DNA from: Octopus sinensis
Lineage: Eukaryota
Length of the DNA: 64,000 nt
Assembly (NCBI RefSeq): GCF_006345805.1
Contig: NC_043024.1
Coordinates: forward strand, 15,934,001 to 15,998,000
Direction of reading: 5' to 3'
In this document: positions 36,790-48,938 of the stretch, one piece after another
Layout: the number at the start of each line of letters is the position of its first letter
Numbering within the stretch: the stretch's first letter is position 1
The notes under the pieces: generated by a model
What the model saw: only the letters and a program-made list of their open reading frames with translations
What the model was told of the DNA's origin: nothing
Database searches by the model: none
Position numbers and translations under genes: made by a program

Positions 36790-37203
36790 AAGGAAATCCG
36801 TTGGAAAAAACAAAAACAGAACAGAGGCGGAACAAAAAACAAATCGAACTGTGCTCCTAAGAGCCCATGGCGAAACTGTTTATCAGTGTATGTTGAGAAC
36901 CGGTGGCTGAGAACACGTGTAGAATGAAATAAAACGATTTCTGTTCAATCTGCGTTCAGCTCCATTTCTTCAATTCACCAATAATGTTTTATATATATAT
37001 ATATATACAAATTGAGATAGGGGTTGTAAATGCAACCCTCTATGGGATAACGTATATCCAATATACTACTAGTGAAGTACCCAACAAAGTTAATACATAA
37101 ATGTTAATGATTGCGATGCAATCAATTCATTTACTGTATTATATGGGCAAAGGTAAAATGACTTACCACAAATTACGAATACAAGATAAGAAAATGGAGA
37201 AAT

Positions 37204-37371
37204 ACATCTAAATCAAATATCAATTACCAGATAATACTCAATCACATACTTTATTAAACCACCACATAAGAGACTTCTGCTTTTTATGTTTAACCCTACA
37301 GTCTCTTATGTGGTGGTTTAATAAAGTATGTGATTGAGTTTTATCTGGTAATTGATATTTGATTTAGATGT
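37204..37371. repeat. Near-perfect hairpin, 72-bp arms with a 24-nt loop
   Basis: 37204-37275 is the reverse complement of 37300-37371 with one mismatch. Confidence 0.95.
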
Positions 37372-37418
37372 GTTTCTCCATTTTCTTATCTTGAAATTTC
37401 TCTGTGATTTCTTTTCAG

Positions 37419-37525
37419 ACTGAATATTCTTTAATACGGTTTGACCACGAAGAACGAGTTGTCCAGTTACCTTTGACTTCCACGTCTTTCTTTGAATCCC
37501 CTCAAGTACAAGCATTAGAATCAAG
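37419..37525 (+). CDS. GCLC: GCLC-like paralog 2, exon 2 (TEYSLIRFDHEERVVQLPLTSTSFFESPQVQALES)
   Basis: TTTTCAG acceptor, GTGAGT donor, phase 0->2; matches VEYMLVSFDHENKKVRL. Confidence 0.92.
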
Positions 37526-37814
37526 GTGAGTGTCATTATCTGTATCAAATGTGAAATGGTCTTTCATAAACCCAACATATGTACAGTTCTATATTTAAGA
37601 AATGAGGAATTATGTACATTATATACATTCGACGGATATTTGTCCTCATCTTGTTTGTTGTTAACGTTTCGACTTCTTTAGGTGTCTTGGGGAAATTTCG
37701 AACCTGGTTCTCATTCCTACCGTATTTTTCGAAGTTATTATTATTATTATTGTTCAGGTCACTGCTTGGAATCGAACTCGGAATCTTGGGGTTAATAGCC
37801 TGCGCTCTTAACTA

Positions 37815-38265
37815 CTACGCCATATGCCCGTGGCCATATGGCTACCTATTGGAATCGTTTAGCATCGCTCGTTCGATCCGTCAAAGATGTCCTCTCTCAC
37901 CTCTTCTGTACGTACTGGTTCCCGAGCCATTGCTGCGGTTACCTGTATATTTCCAGGGGCATCCCGCGTGATCTAGGATGTGAAAGGTTCGTGTCGGCTT
38001 ACGGGGACGACGTCACCATAATAGTGTCGGACATCTGAGAAATCAAAATGGTCGGCACTGCTCCAAGGGAGTACGAAGCGGTGGCCGGAGAAAAAAAATC
38101 ACCCAGGGCAAGTCGGTGGGTCTGCAGCTCCGCACCTCGAGAGGAAGGTCCATGCCAACCGGCAGCGTTGTAGGGCGCTGGACAGAAGGACCGGTTAAAT
38201 CGCTCGGGGTCTGGTTTGGTCCCGGTAGCACTGCCAGGCTAGGGATTTCTGAAAGTTATCCATAG
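37815..38265 (+). mobile_element. Tx1-like RT fragment
   Basis: SIRQRCPLSPLLYVL, AYGDDVT, GKSVGLQLRT..G motifs shared with the 11.3-16 kb LINE. Confidence 0.8.
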
Positions 38266-38959
38266 GCCCGGGCCTGAAAGTTCTCCGGAAAACATCTGTC
38301 TTTACGTTCTGAGTTCAAACTCCGCCAAGGTTGACTTTGTCTTTTATCCTTCCAGGGTCAATGAAATAACTACCAGTTGAACTCTGGGGTTGATGAATCC
38401 GACTTGCACCCTTCCCCGAACCTGATGGCTTTGTGCCAAACTTTGAAAGCGGTGTTGTTGACGTTGTAGCGATGGCTCATAAGTGGAAGCTGCTGCATTT
38501 CGTGTTCTGCTGCCGAGTATCCTCTCTGGTGTGTTATCCAGTTCTTACTCTCCCAGTATAGGGTGATCGATAGGATCCAAACCTGGGCAGAATAGTATGA
38601 AAGACAGATTGTTGTCCACACAGCTTGTCCCAGTCTCCGGGAGGACAAGCTGCACGGTTATACACAACATCGAACTGCTTCAGCGGCTCCGACTCCGACC
38701 AACCCAACATTAGGATGATAAGTCAGAAACTGTCATTCTTGCATATTTTGGACGAGTGTTTAACTTTTGGGAAACATTCGTTGAGGAATGACGACGTCAT
38801 TTGAAGATTTTTTTCCAACACAAGCAAACAGAATCAGCTCTCCCATGTATGGGTTTCTAAATTTAATATTATTCATAATTGTATTTTTATTGATTGAACA
38901 AATTTCTGATAACTAGTTTGGTAAACATAATCTCATTTTTTAATACCGAAATATCAAAG

Positions 38960-39067
38960 TCTATGGACCCCAGAATATGCCGAATTTATGATGGAAGGCA
39001 AACCCAGAAATCCATTTGGTACTGCCATCACCGATTTGAATCGTACAGAAGAACATTTTATAGAAAG
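38960..39067 (+). CDS. GCLC: GCLC-like paralog 2, exon 3 (LWTPEYAEFMMEGKPRNPFGTAITDLNRTEEHFIE)
   Basis: Matches [20 protein letters not shown]; donor AG|GTAACC; the only phase-compatible acceptor is a weak AAG at 38957-38959, so the 5' boundary is less certain. Confidence 0.88.
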
Positions 39068-39724
39068 GTAACCATAATACTTTGAATTTGCTTTACTTTT
39101 TTTTTATCTTTTACTTGTTTCAGTCATTTGACTGCGGCCATGCTGGGCCACCACCTTGAAAGGTTTTAGTCGAACAAATCGATCCCAAGACTCTTTTGGG
39201 TATGAGCTTATCTCCTAAGATTTTGTTTAAACTAGAGGCACAACTAAAAGATTCTTAATATTTCTCTGTAACCATGCAGTTGAGGAAAGTGTTTATTGAC
39301 TAAACTTAGATCTTACCGACACAAATTTTTACGTTCAGGGAGGAGGGTTGAACCACAAAACATTGCGGTAACGTTTGCTCTTGATTGGGGTTTGAGTTGG
39401 GTGTATAACTAATCTTATCCTTAGATCTATTCGCTGCCAGTTTCTTGTACTACGGAACCACGGCGTCGAAATTCTCTTTACTCGATGTGTGCCTGTGCGT
39501 GTGGCTTACGCACACGCACGCACGCACACACACACACATACACACACACACACACACATACACACACACCTCTACACAGTTTCCGTCAATTTAGTTTTCA
39601 CTAAGAATGCGTTGGTGAAGCCGAGGTTATAGCAGGAAATACCTAAAGTTCCATGTAGTAATATCAAACTTGGACCCACGTAATTTTGAAACGAATTTCT
39701 TAACCATAAAGCCATGGTTTAACT

Positions 39725-39858
39725 CAGTGGACCTCAACCGGGGTCCATCTAATATTTAATAAAAATACTTAAAGATTTTTTTATAGCATTGAATAACTAT
39801 GAGGGTCTAGGAGAGTAAAAGAGGTTCTTGGGGGGTAAAAAACGGTTGAGAACCACTG
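39725..39858. mobile_element. hAT/Charlie-type MITE
   Basis: CAGTGGACCTCAACC...GGTTGAGAACCACTG; 8-bp flanks GTTTAACT / GTTTAAGC. Confidence 0.8.
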
Positions 39859-40116
39859 GTTTAAGCCAAATTCAGACCCCTCCAGCCACTGATGTATATG
39901 AAATATACAGGATGGTCATAGTTGGAACGTTATTGATCACAAGTCTGCTCTTCAACTAAGCAACAACCACAATATACTAATTTTTTTCCTGTTCTAAAAT
40001 TTTATTTCCTTATTTTTTATTGCTTTTTGTTGTTACTTCCTACGTATAATGTATGAAATGTCTTTTGTCCAGTTTCGTGATGCTAACATCAAGAATCCAT
40101 TTTGTTTATATTTTAG

Positions 40117-40182
40117 ACGCAAAGCGATCAAGCAATTCTTGGGCCCAAATGAAAGTTTAGTGTCTTTGACAGCTTTTCCCAG
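40117..40182 (+). CDS. GCLC: GCLC-like paralog 2, exon 4 (RKAIKQFLGPNESLVSLTAFP)
   Basis: TTTTAG acceptor, GT donor; matches RRKEATSILEENQALCTITSFPR. Confidence 0.92.
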
Positions 40183-41220
40183 GTGTGTGAAATCTTGGAA
40201 CTAATGTTTATTGGTTCCATTTTGTTAAATTTTTGGTTTTGAATGTAAATATTTTTGTGCTTTTATGGCAATATTTATGAGCTTTCAGAATCGTTAGCAT
40301 ATCGGAAAAAATGCTTAGCAACATTTCTACCGGCTTTTTTTCCGTTCACATCTTGCTGAAGTAAATTTTGCTTTTCCTACCTCCTCCTTGAGGTCGATAA
40401 ATTAAAGTACCAGTAAAATAATGGGTTCAATGTAATCTACTAAACCTCTCCACTTAAAATTATCGGACAAATTTAGAAACATTGGGGGTTTTTTCAGATT
40501 TAATTTCCCTACGTTTTTATATGAATGTATTTGTGGGGGTTTTTTCTGTAAATATTTAAGATTTTACGGTAATGGGTCTCAATTAAATAATTATGTCTTT
40601 AAGTAAATATTTAGTATTTTTGTTACCTATGTTTTTTATGTGAATATTTGAGTGATTTTTATTTCAATGTGTGTGTGTGTGTGTAAAATATAGTTCGTTG
40701 GTTTGTGTCAAACGAATGACAGAGGAATGCTCAATATTTGTTTTAAAGAACTATGACTTTTATTGAAACTGAAACTTGGCGTTTCTCTCACGACTCTAAC
40801 TTCATGCCACTGCGTTCTCGCCTAAAGATCGCAGTCGCGTGAAACTTGACTGACAGTTTCAATAAAAGATACATATGAAATAGTGTCCAGTAGAGCTGTT
40901 GCAAAAGTTTGCCTCCTTGGCATAGCCAGAATTACCAGAATAGTACCAGATAGTTGAAGAGAACAAGTTGCACGGTACTTAAGGCTATAGGCGGCAAACC
41001 CGCTACTCATGCAAGATTTCAGGAGTTCCAACAAACCCTAAATTAAAAGAAATAATAATGTATTTTATTTGGCATTATAGTGGATGGGTGATGGTGGTGT
41101 TACGTAGACAGGTTACAAAACCGTCTGGTGTTTTACAAAGAAATCGGATAAAGGAAAGGGGGAAAATGACATTAATTATAAATGCATTTCATTAGTTACA
41201 ACTTTGTTTTTCAATTTCAG

Positions 41221-41337
41221 GTTGGGCTGTCCTAATTTCAGTTTCCCTTCCTATGAGGTAAACAAGCATCCAACAGAACTTTACAAATCTGTTTTCGTAC
41301 CAGATGAAGCACTGTCTTCCCGGCTTCCTTTATTTCT
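41221..41337 (+). CDS. GCLC: GCLC-like paralog 2, exon 5 (LGCPNFSFPSYEVNKHPTELYKSVFVPDEALSSRLPLF)
   Basis: TTTCAG acceptor, GTGAGT donor; matches LGCPGFT...SKSLFFPDEAINKHPRF. Confidence 0.93.
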
Positions 41338-41916
41338 GTGAGTCATTGTTCTTCTTTTTGCAATTCATTAGCGCTTTCTTATGTTAAGGTGTATTAGATG
41401 GTTCAATCTCCACTAAGCTGAAAAGCCACAATCTGTGCAGACTTTTAGACTAGCACCGGGCTAATTAGGCCTGTGGCCCCAAACTAAACAGAGCTAAATA
41501 GCATAACTACAATACGTCTGTAATGACTATGTGCCTCAGTGGTGTTTGATCAGAGGTTAAGGATGGATGAGAATTAATTCTGTAATGCAATCATTCTATT
41601 GTTCCAGTCCCAAGTTGAATTCCAACTGTTGGCCAATTTGTCCCAGAGATCTTATCTCGACGTAAAATTAACGAAGCGAATGTCATTTATCTCCCCTTGA
41701 TCTCTGACGTCATCTGACAAACACCAAATAGGATGGCGTAAATCAACTAGGCTAGAAATAGCAACCCAAATGCTTTTAAATCAGATCCCAATGCTGGATG
41801 TTCAAGAACCAAATGAAGGACAGGTTTTTCTTCCCGGGATCATTCTTATTCCAAAAATATATAATATAATCTATGTAGAGCGAACGTAGACCGAGATACA
41901 GGAGTTCTGTCGTGTA

Positions 41917-41958
<42 letters not shown>

Positions 41959-42089
41959 TCCTCCAGCACTGCTTGGCAACCGGTGTCGGTGTGTTTATGA
42001 CCCCCGAAACTTATCGGTTCTGTATAAGAATAAGTACGATAGGATAAGTACCAGGCTCAGAAAAACGTACAGGGTTCCATTCATTCGAC

Positions 42090-42340
42090 TGAAATTTCTT
42101 CAAGGCTGTGCCCCAGCATGGCCGCAGTCTAATGACTGAAACAAATAAATGTAAAAGATATGTATATATATTTTTTTATTCTTTTACCTTTAGTCGAACA
42201 AATCGACCCTACAACTTATTCTTTGTAAGCCTAGTACTTATTCTGCCGGTGACTTTTGCTGAACCGCTTGGTTATAGGAACGTAACCACACCAACATCGG
42301 TTGTCAAGTGACAGTAGAGAAACACACAAACACATACACA

Positions 42341-42391
<51 letters not shown>

Positions 42392-42550
42392 GATGGGCTT
42401 CTTTCGGTTTCCGTCTACCAAATCCACTCACAAGGCTTTGATCGGCCCGAGACTAAAGTAGAAGACACTTGCCCAAGGTGCCACGCAGTGGGACTGAACC
42501 CGGAACCATGTGGTTCGTAAGCAAGCTACTTACCATTCTGCCACTCCTGC
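42090..42550 (-). mobile_element. CORE-like SINE, family C
   Basis: Reverse complement of the family C head, core and tail. Confidence 0.85.
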
Positions 42551-43359
42551 ACCTTTTCACTTCACTTGTTTCAGTCATTGGACTTTGGCCATGCTGGGGC
42601 ATCGCCTTGAAGTTTTCTCCATTCAAATGAATCGGCTCTAGTACTTTATTTAAGCCTGGTTCGCTTTGTCAAACCGCTAAGTTACGAGGTCATAAGCAAA
42701 CCAACACTGGTTGTCAAGGGGTGGTGATGGACAACTACACACACACACACACACGTTTCCTTTCAATTTCCTTATACGAAACCCAGGGCACTAATAAAAG
42801 ACACTTGCCCAAGGTGCCACACAACAGGAACTGAACCCAGAACCATAAGGTTGGGAAGCGACTTTTTACTATAAAATCAAGTCGTCTGACCCTATAAACT
42901 CTGAGTATAAGACACCTGTTGAGTACTGTAGTGAACTGTAGTCGTCTAAGCTTTGTATTTGAGAATATCCGAACTATTTCTTTTATATATTAGCAAGATC
43001 AAAGATTAAGGAATCTTGTCTTGTATCATTGAAAGAAGGGAAGTTTCAGGGTGGCGTTGGCATCAAGATTTTTCGGCTTAAATCCAAGCAATATGCTGTG
43101 TTTACGGAGAGAAAATATTGAAAAACATCAAAACGTCAGAGTGACAAATAAACGAGGGCAGTGTGAGGTGATCATGAGATGTGCTAAAAATAGCAGCTAA
43201 ATACACATAAAAAAAAAACGCAATTTTTATTTTTATTTTATTTGTTTGCTTTTTTGTTTCGGTTTTGCATAGTTGTATGATTTCATGTGTGTAGAACACA
43301 AATTGGCGAAAAGTTTTCTAAAAATATGTTATGAGGGGGTTTATGCTGTGCATCAAGTA

Positions 43360-43860
43360 TCAGGTTGTCCGGAAAGTTCTTGCCAATTTATAGCAGCTTA
43401 CCTTTCGACTTATTTTAGAACATAGTTGAGTCCATAATATAGGACTTCACCTCCATTTAGAGCACAGTTTAAGCTATTTTTTCGTGGAAGAAGGTTTATG
43501 TTACTATAACCTGTGTTAATTCTGTAACCCTTTAAAATGGAAGATAAGAAAGTTCATTTTCGGCACTTGATGCTTTGGGAACCATGTTCCTTCGGATTTC
43601 CACTTATTCAGGTCTCTGCAGAATAGTCTTAACAGTAAAAATTTCAATTCCTTGGATGACGTAAAAAGATACCTTGATGAATTCTTTGCCATGAAACCAC
43701 CTCAATTCTGGGAAGAGGGTGTTTTCAAGTTAAAGGAAAGATGGGGACGTATTGTGCAACAAAATGGTTCATATTTGGTTGATTAAAAATGTAACGGCAA
43801 GTATTTATTGACCCTTTTCCTTTCCTTTAAAAATCGGCACAATCTTTCCGGACAACCCAA
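43360..43860 (+). mobile_element. Internally deleted mariner
   Basis: TIRs TCAGGTTGTCCGGAAAG / CTTTCCGGACAACCCAA with TA flanks; carries transposase 5' and 3' remnants. Confidence 0.85.
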
Positions 43861-43951
43861 TAGAATTCCTCCAATATGATTATGCATAAACTACAATCGT
43901 TAAAACAGTCAAATCCTCAGGAATAAACTGTTTTGAATTTTCCTTTTCAAG

Positions 43952-44010
43952 AAACATAAGGGAAAATTTCACGACCAGAAAGGAAGAAAGAATTTCTATC
44001 AATGTGCCAA
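43952..44010 (+). CDS. GCLC: GCLC-like paralog 2, exon 6 (NIRENFTTRKEERISINVP)
   Basis: TTCAAG acceptor, GTAAGT donor, phase 2->1; matches TLTRNIRHRRGEKVVINVP. Confidence 0.9.
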
Positions 44011-44097
44011 GTAAGTATATCAGCTATCAAATCTTTTATCTTGTTTTAGTCATTAGATCGCGACCATGCCCGTCTTATATATGTACATATATATATA

Positions 44098-44147
<50 letters not shown>

Positions 44148-44344
44148 TGTGTGTCTTCATGTCCCTATTTGTCCCTACAACCGTTCGGCAAAAGAAACCG
44201 ATAGAATAAGTACTAAGCATTAAAAAAAAAGTCATGGAGTCGATTTGTTCGATCAAAACCCTTCAAGGCGGTGCTCCAGCATGGCCTCAGTCAAATAACC
44301 GAAACAAATCAAAAATAAAAAAAGATAAATATTAAACATTTTTC

Positions 44345-44570
44345 TAAACTTATTTCTTTATTGCTCAGAGGGGGCTAAATATAGAGGGGACAAACAAGGA
44401 CAGACAAAGGGATTAAGTCGATTGCATAGACCCCAGTGCGTAACTGGTACTTAATTTATCGATCCCGAAAGGATGAAGGGCAAAGTCGACCTCGGCGGAA
44501 TTTGAACTCAGAACGTAGCGGCAGACGAAATACCGTTAAGCATTTCGCCCGGCGTGCTAACGTTTCTGCC
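44345..44570 (-). mobile_element. SINE family B
   Basis: Reverse complement of the family B consensus. Confidence 0.88.
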
Positions 44571-44651
44571 ACCATTTTTCTAAACTAAAACAATGAAAGT
44601 CAACAATGAAAAACATTAGTAATTAAAGTGAATGGTTAGCATTTCTCTACC

Positions 44652-44777
44652 TTGTATTTAAACATTTCGGGGTTAGGACCCCTTCTTCAAGAAATCTTCA
44701 GAGAAATTAGCTCACAGTACCATTTCTCTAAAGATTTCCTGAAGAAGGAGTCCTAACCCCGAGATACTGAAATACAA
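44652..44777. repeat. 56-bp inverted repeat with mirrored, damaged hammerhead cores
   Basis: 44652-44707 vs 44722-44777; CTGAAGA-A-GGAG(tcctaa)CCCC-GAGAT. Confidence 0.7.
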
Positions 44778-44919
44778 CAAAAGAGTACAATCCATGGAAC
44801 TATGTCATAACTTGCATTCTTTTGGCTTTAAAAAATAAACACACACACACACATGCACGCGTACAGGGTTGGCCAAAAGTCACCTGACAGTAAATCAAAA
44901 CCATTTAATCCCAAGATTT

Positions 44920-45247
44920 GTGAGGGCGCGTGGCTTAGTGGTTAGGGCATTCGGCTCATGATCGTAAGGTTGTGAGTTCGATTCCCGGCGACGCGTTGTG
45001 TCCTTGAGCAAGACACTTTATTTCACGTTGCTCCAGTCCACTCAGCTGGCAAAAATGAGTTGTACTTGTATTTCAAAGGGTCAGCCTTGTCACTCTCTGT
45101 GTCACGCTGATTATCCCCGAGAACTACGTTAAGGGTACACGTGTCTGTGGAATGCTCAGCCATTTGCACGTTAATTTCACGAGCAAGCTGTTCCGTTGAT
45201 CGTATCAGCTGCGACCCTCGTCGTCGTAACCGGCGGAGTCTTTTTTT
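44920..45247 (+). mobile_element. SINE family D with 16-bp TSD, inserted in a Tc1-like remnant (44863-45480)
   Basis: TTTAATCCCAAGATTT at 44904-44919 and 45248-45263; host begins TA|CAGGGTTGGCCAAAAGTCAC. Confidence 0.88.
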
Positions 45248-45623
45248 TTTAATCCCAAGATTTATATATATTTAACAACTGAAGGAATTTAATAAAAGCA
45301 TCTTAATATGAAAACTCATAAAAAATTGTTCAAATTGAAGTCCTTCTTGAGCGACACATTTTTCCATCCGAGTTAATACAGAATTACAGATAGTATTTGT
45401 GGCATATTCGCCATTACCTTCTGCGGGAGCCGGGTGGCCCTTAAGTGTTTCTCTCTTAAACACACACTTTCTGAGAGTCGAACCCGCCATCCCTCGACCG
45501 CGAGTTCGCTACTCTAACCACTAGGCCATGTGCCTCCATGTATTTGTATAGCCTATAATATATGTATATAAATATATATATATATATATATCTAATATAT
45601 ATATATATATATTATAAAATATA

Positions 45624-45675
<52 letters not shown>

Positions 45676-45705
45676 ATACATATATATATACATATACAAT
45701 ATATT

Positions 45706-45795
<90 letters not shown>

Positions 45796-45803
45796 CATAT
45801 ATA

Positions 45804-45903
45804 NNNNNNNNNNNNNNNNNNNNNNNNNNNNNNNNNNNNNNNNNNNNNNNNNNNNNNNNNNNNNNNNNNNNNNNNNNNNNNNNNNNNNNNNNNNNNNNNN
45901 NNN
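45804..45903. other. Assembly gap (100 N) within an (AT)n tract
   Basis: Run of N flanked by ATAT/ACAT repeats at 45560-46100. Confidence 1.
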
Positions 45904-46054
45904 TTATATACATATATATATATATACATATATATATACACATATATATATATACACATATATATAATATACATATATATATATACATATATATTATATA
46001 CATATATATATATATACAATATATATATATATATATATACATATAATATATACA

Positions 46055-46106
<52 letters not shown>

Positions 46107-46504
46107 CTCTAGCGTCAGAAATTAATTAGCACTTCTCAAGTTTCTACATTAAATAGGTTAAATCAATTAACCTATGAGCTGTTCAAAACGTCTTACGCGA
46201 TGAGAAAACTTAGTATGGTGTGATTTCGGTCCTTGCGAGGCGCTACCTATATCTATTAAACAAAGGAAGATTTGTCTGCATCCGCACTCCAAGTTGTTGT
46301 TGCACTGCTATGTCAACATCATAAGGCTGTAGACTCTCAAACTGCTCTGCAAACAAAGTTACGTCATCGTTCTGCGCAACAGTGTACTCGCAACAAAGCA
46401 ATTAGTTTGAGATATGGCCACTAGGTGACAGCACATACCTTGAGTGAAGAGCAAATCAAGGGTGCTAATTAATTTCTGACGGTAGTGTATATATATATAT
46501 ATAC

Positions 46505-46579
<75 letters not shown>

Positions 46580-47185
46580 AATTAAGGACTGCACACGAAA
46601 AGTGGACAGTCAACATGCTAGATATAGACGTCAAATCGCCATTCTCCACAAAAAGTTTATGTTCTCAGATCAAACTCAACAAAACCAAAGTAATAAACAA
46701 GTGAAAAATATACGAAATAAATATTTACCCATGTACTAAATTTAGTTTCAGCTGTTATTTTCGCAAGGAAAAGTGCAGCATCGTCAGCATGGTCCCATAT
46801 AAAATGTAATTTGCTGGACTAAATGCCAACACGACACCAAAATATCGCGTGCATGGAGTCCGGCCTATTACATTTGAAATATATATTTCAAATGCCCTTG
46901 CTTTTGGCGCGATGAGACCCGAGAAAACTAGCCTGCAGCTAATAGTTAACAGCAGTTAATTTATCGGTTAGAGAACAAATATTTATAAAATTAAATTTAG
47001 GGTAAAAATTGATATTTATCAATTAGAACCAGTGGTCTAGCATATTAAAGAAAGAATCCGAAGATTAAAATATTTATATATACCAATTAAGGACTGCACA
47101 CGAAAAGTGGACAGTCAACATGCTAGATATAGACGTCAAATCGCCATTCTCCACAAAAAATTATATATATATATATATAAAAAAT

Positions 47186-47216
<31 letters not shown>

Positions 47217-48393
47217 TATATATATGTGTGTGTGTATGTGTGTGCATGTGGTCTATACTATATATGTGTGAGTGTGTAGTATAAGCCACAACTTATACTC
47301 TTATACTCTTTATGTCAACACTCTTTCTGTAAATGAATTGAGTAATCCTTTAGTTTAATTGGAAAGTGTTTGCTTTATAACTCCACTTAAGAACAAACGT
47401 GTGAGAGAGAGGGAGGGGGAGGGAAGGCAGGAGAGAGCGAAAGAGAGAGGGAGAGAGAGAGCCGGATGGAGGGAGGGAGGGAGAGAGAGAGAATATATAA
47501 CAAGATGAGTGAAAGAGAGAGAGAGAAGGAGAGAACGCGGGAGGGAAGGAAGGAGAGAGAGAGAGAATATATAACAAGTTTATGTCATTATTTCAGTATG
47601 TGAAGGCGGCGAGGTCGACTTTGCCTTTCATCCTTTCGGGGGTCGATAAATTAAGTACCAGTTACGCACTGAGGTCGATATAATCGACTTAATCCGTTTG
47701 TCTGTCGTTGTTTGTCCCCTCTGTGTTTAGCCCCTTGTGGGTAGTAAAGAAATAAGTATTTCGTCTGCAGCTATGTTCTGAGTTCAAATTCCGCCGAGGT
47801 CGACTTTACCCTTTATCCTCTCGGGGTCGACAGAGTAAGTACCGCTTGAACACTGGGGTCGATGTAATCGACTCATACCCAGCTCCCCCCAAGTTGCCCT
47901 TGCGGCAAAAAATAGAAGTAATTATTTCTGTATGTTAGTTTGTGAAGGCGCATGGCTCAGTGGTTAGAGCGTCGAGCTTACGATCGCGAGGTTGTGAGTT
48001 CGAATCCGGGACCGGGCTGCGTATTGTGTTCTTGAGCAAGACACTTTATTACACGTTGCTCCAGTTCACTCACCTGTAGAAATGAGTTGCGACATCACAG
48101 GTGCCAAGCTGTATCAGCCTTTGCCTTTCCCTTGGATAAGATCAGTGGCATAGAGAGGGGAGGCTGGTATGTATGGGCGACTGCTGGTCTTCCATAAACA
48201 ACCTTGCCCGGATTGTGCCTGGGAGGGTAGCTTTCTAGGTGCAATCCCATGGTCAGTCATGACCGAAGGGGGTTTCAGATGTTAATTTATAAAAAGCATG
48301 ATACTTCTTCAAATTAAATCTTGTCTTATTCTGTATTTCATTTTGATTTCTTTAAAATGCTTTTATCTCAAATATTGAAAATTCTTGTTTCAG

Positions 48394-48611
48394 TTTATAA
48401 AGATAAAAATACCATGATGCCATACGGGGAAGACTTGTCTGAATATGGAGACAATGAAGAGATGAAGAAATATTTAACACCAGGCTTTATCTACATGGAC
48501 GCACCAGTATTTGGGGCTGGTTGTTGTTCCATCCAAGTTACATTTCAAGCTGCTGATATAAAAGAAGCTGCTTATCTTTATGACAATCTGGTACCTCTTA
48601 CTCCAATTATG
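48394..48611 (+). CDS. GCLC: GCLC-like paralog 2, exon 7 (IYKDKNT...GFIYMDAPVFGAGCCSIQVTFQAADIKEAAYLYDNLVPLTPIM)
   Basis: Lies within ORF 48321-48689; TTTCAG acceptor, GTAAGG donor; matches [35 protein letters not shown]. Confidence 0.96.
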
Positions 48612-48876
48612 GTAAGGATGACCTTTTGGGGGTGGGGGACGGTAAAGTTACGAACAGAACATCTCCATTTAGACAATGTGTGTTCGTAACACATGATGCT
48701 CAGCAGCTGTGTAAGGGGATACCGAGACACTGGGATGTTTCGACCTTACTGCATGTCTCCTCAGTTAAAGCTACTCTGACTGAAGAGCTACGGCATTAAG
48801 ATTATTCTTAGTTGGTCTTCTATTGAAGTTTTTACCTTTACTAGCGAGTGTCTCCACTTAATTACAAACTCAGATC

Positions 48877-48938
<62 letters not shown>

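Larger units (their letters stand above)
32919..36991 (-). mobile_element. Penelope-like retroelement (Naiad-like), antisense in GCLC intron 1
   Basis: Direct pseudo-LTRs 32919-33280 and 36487-36909; inverted partial copy 36912-36991; RT plus GIY-YIG ORF between them. Confidence 0.92.
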
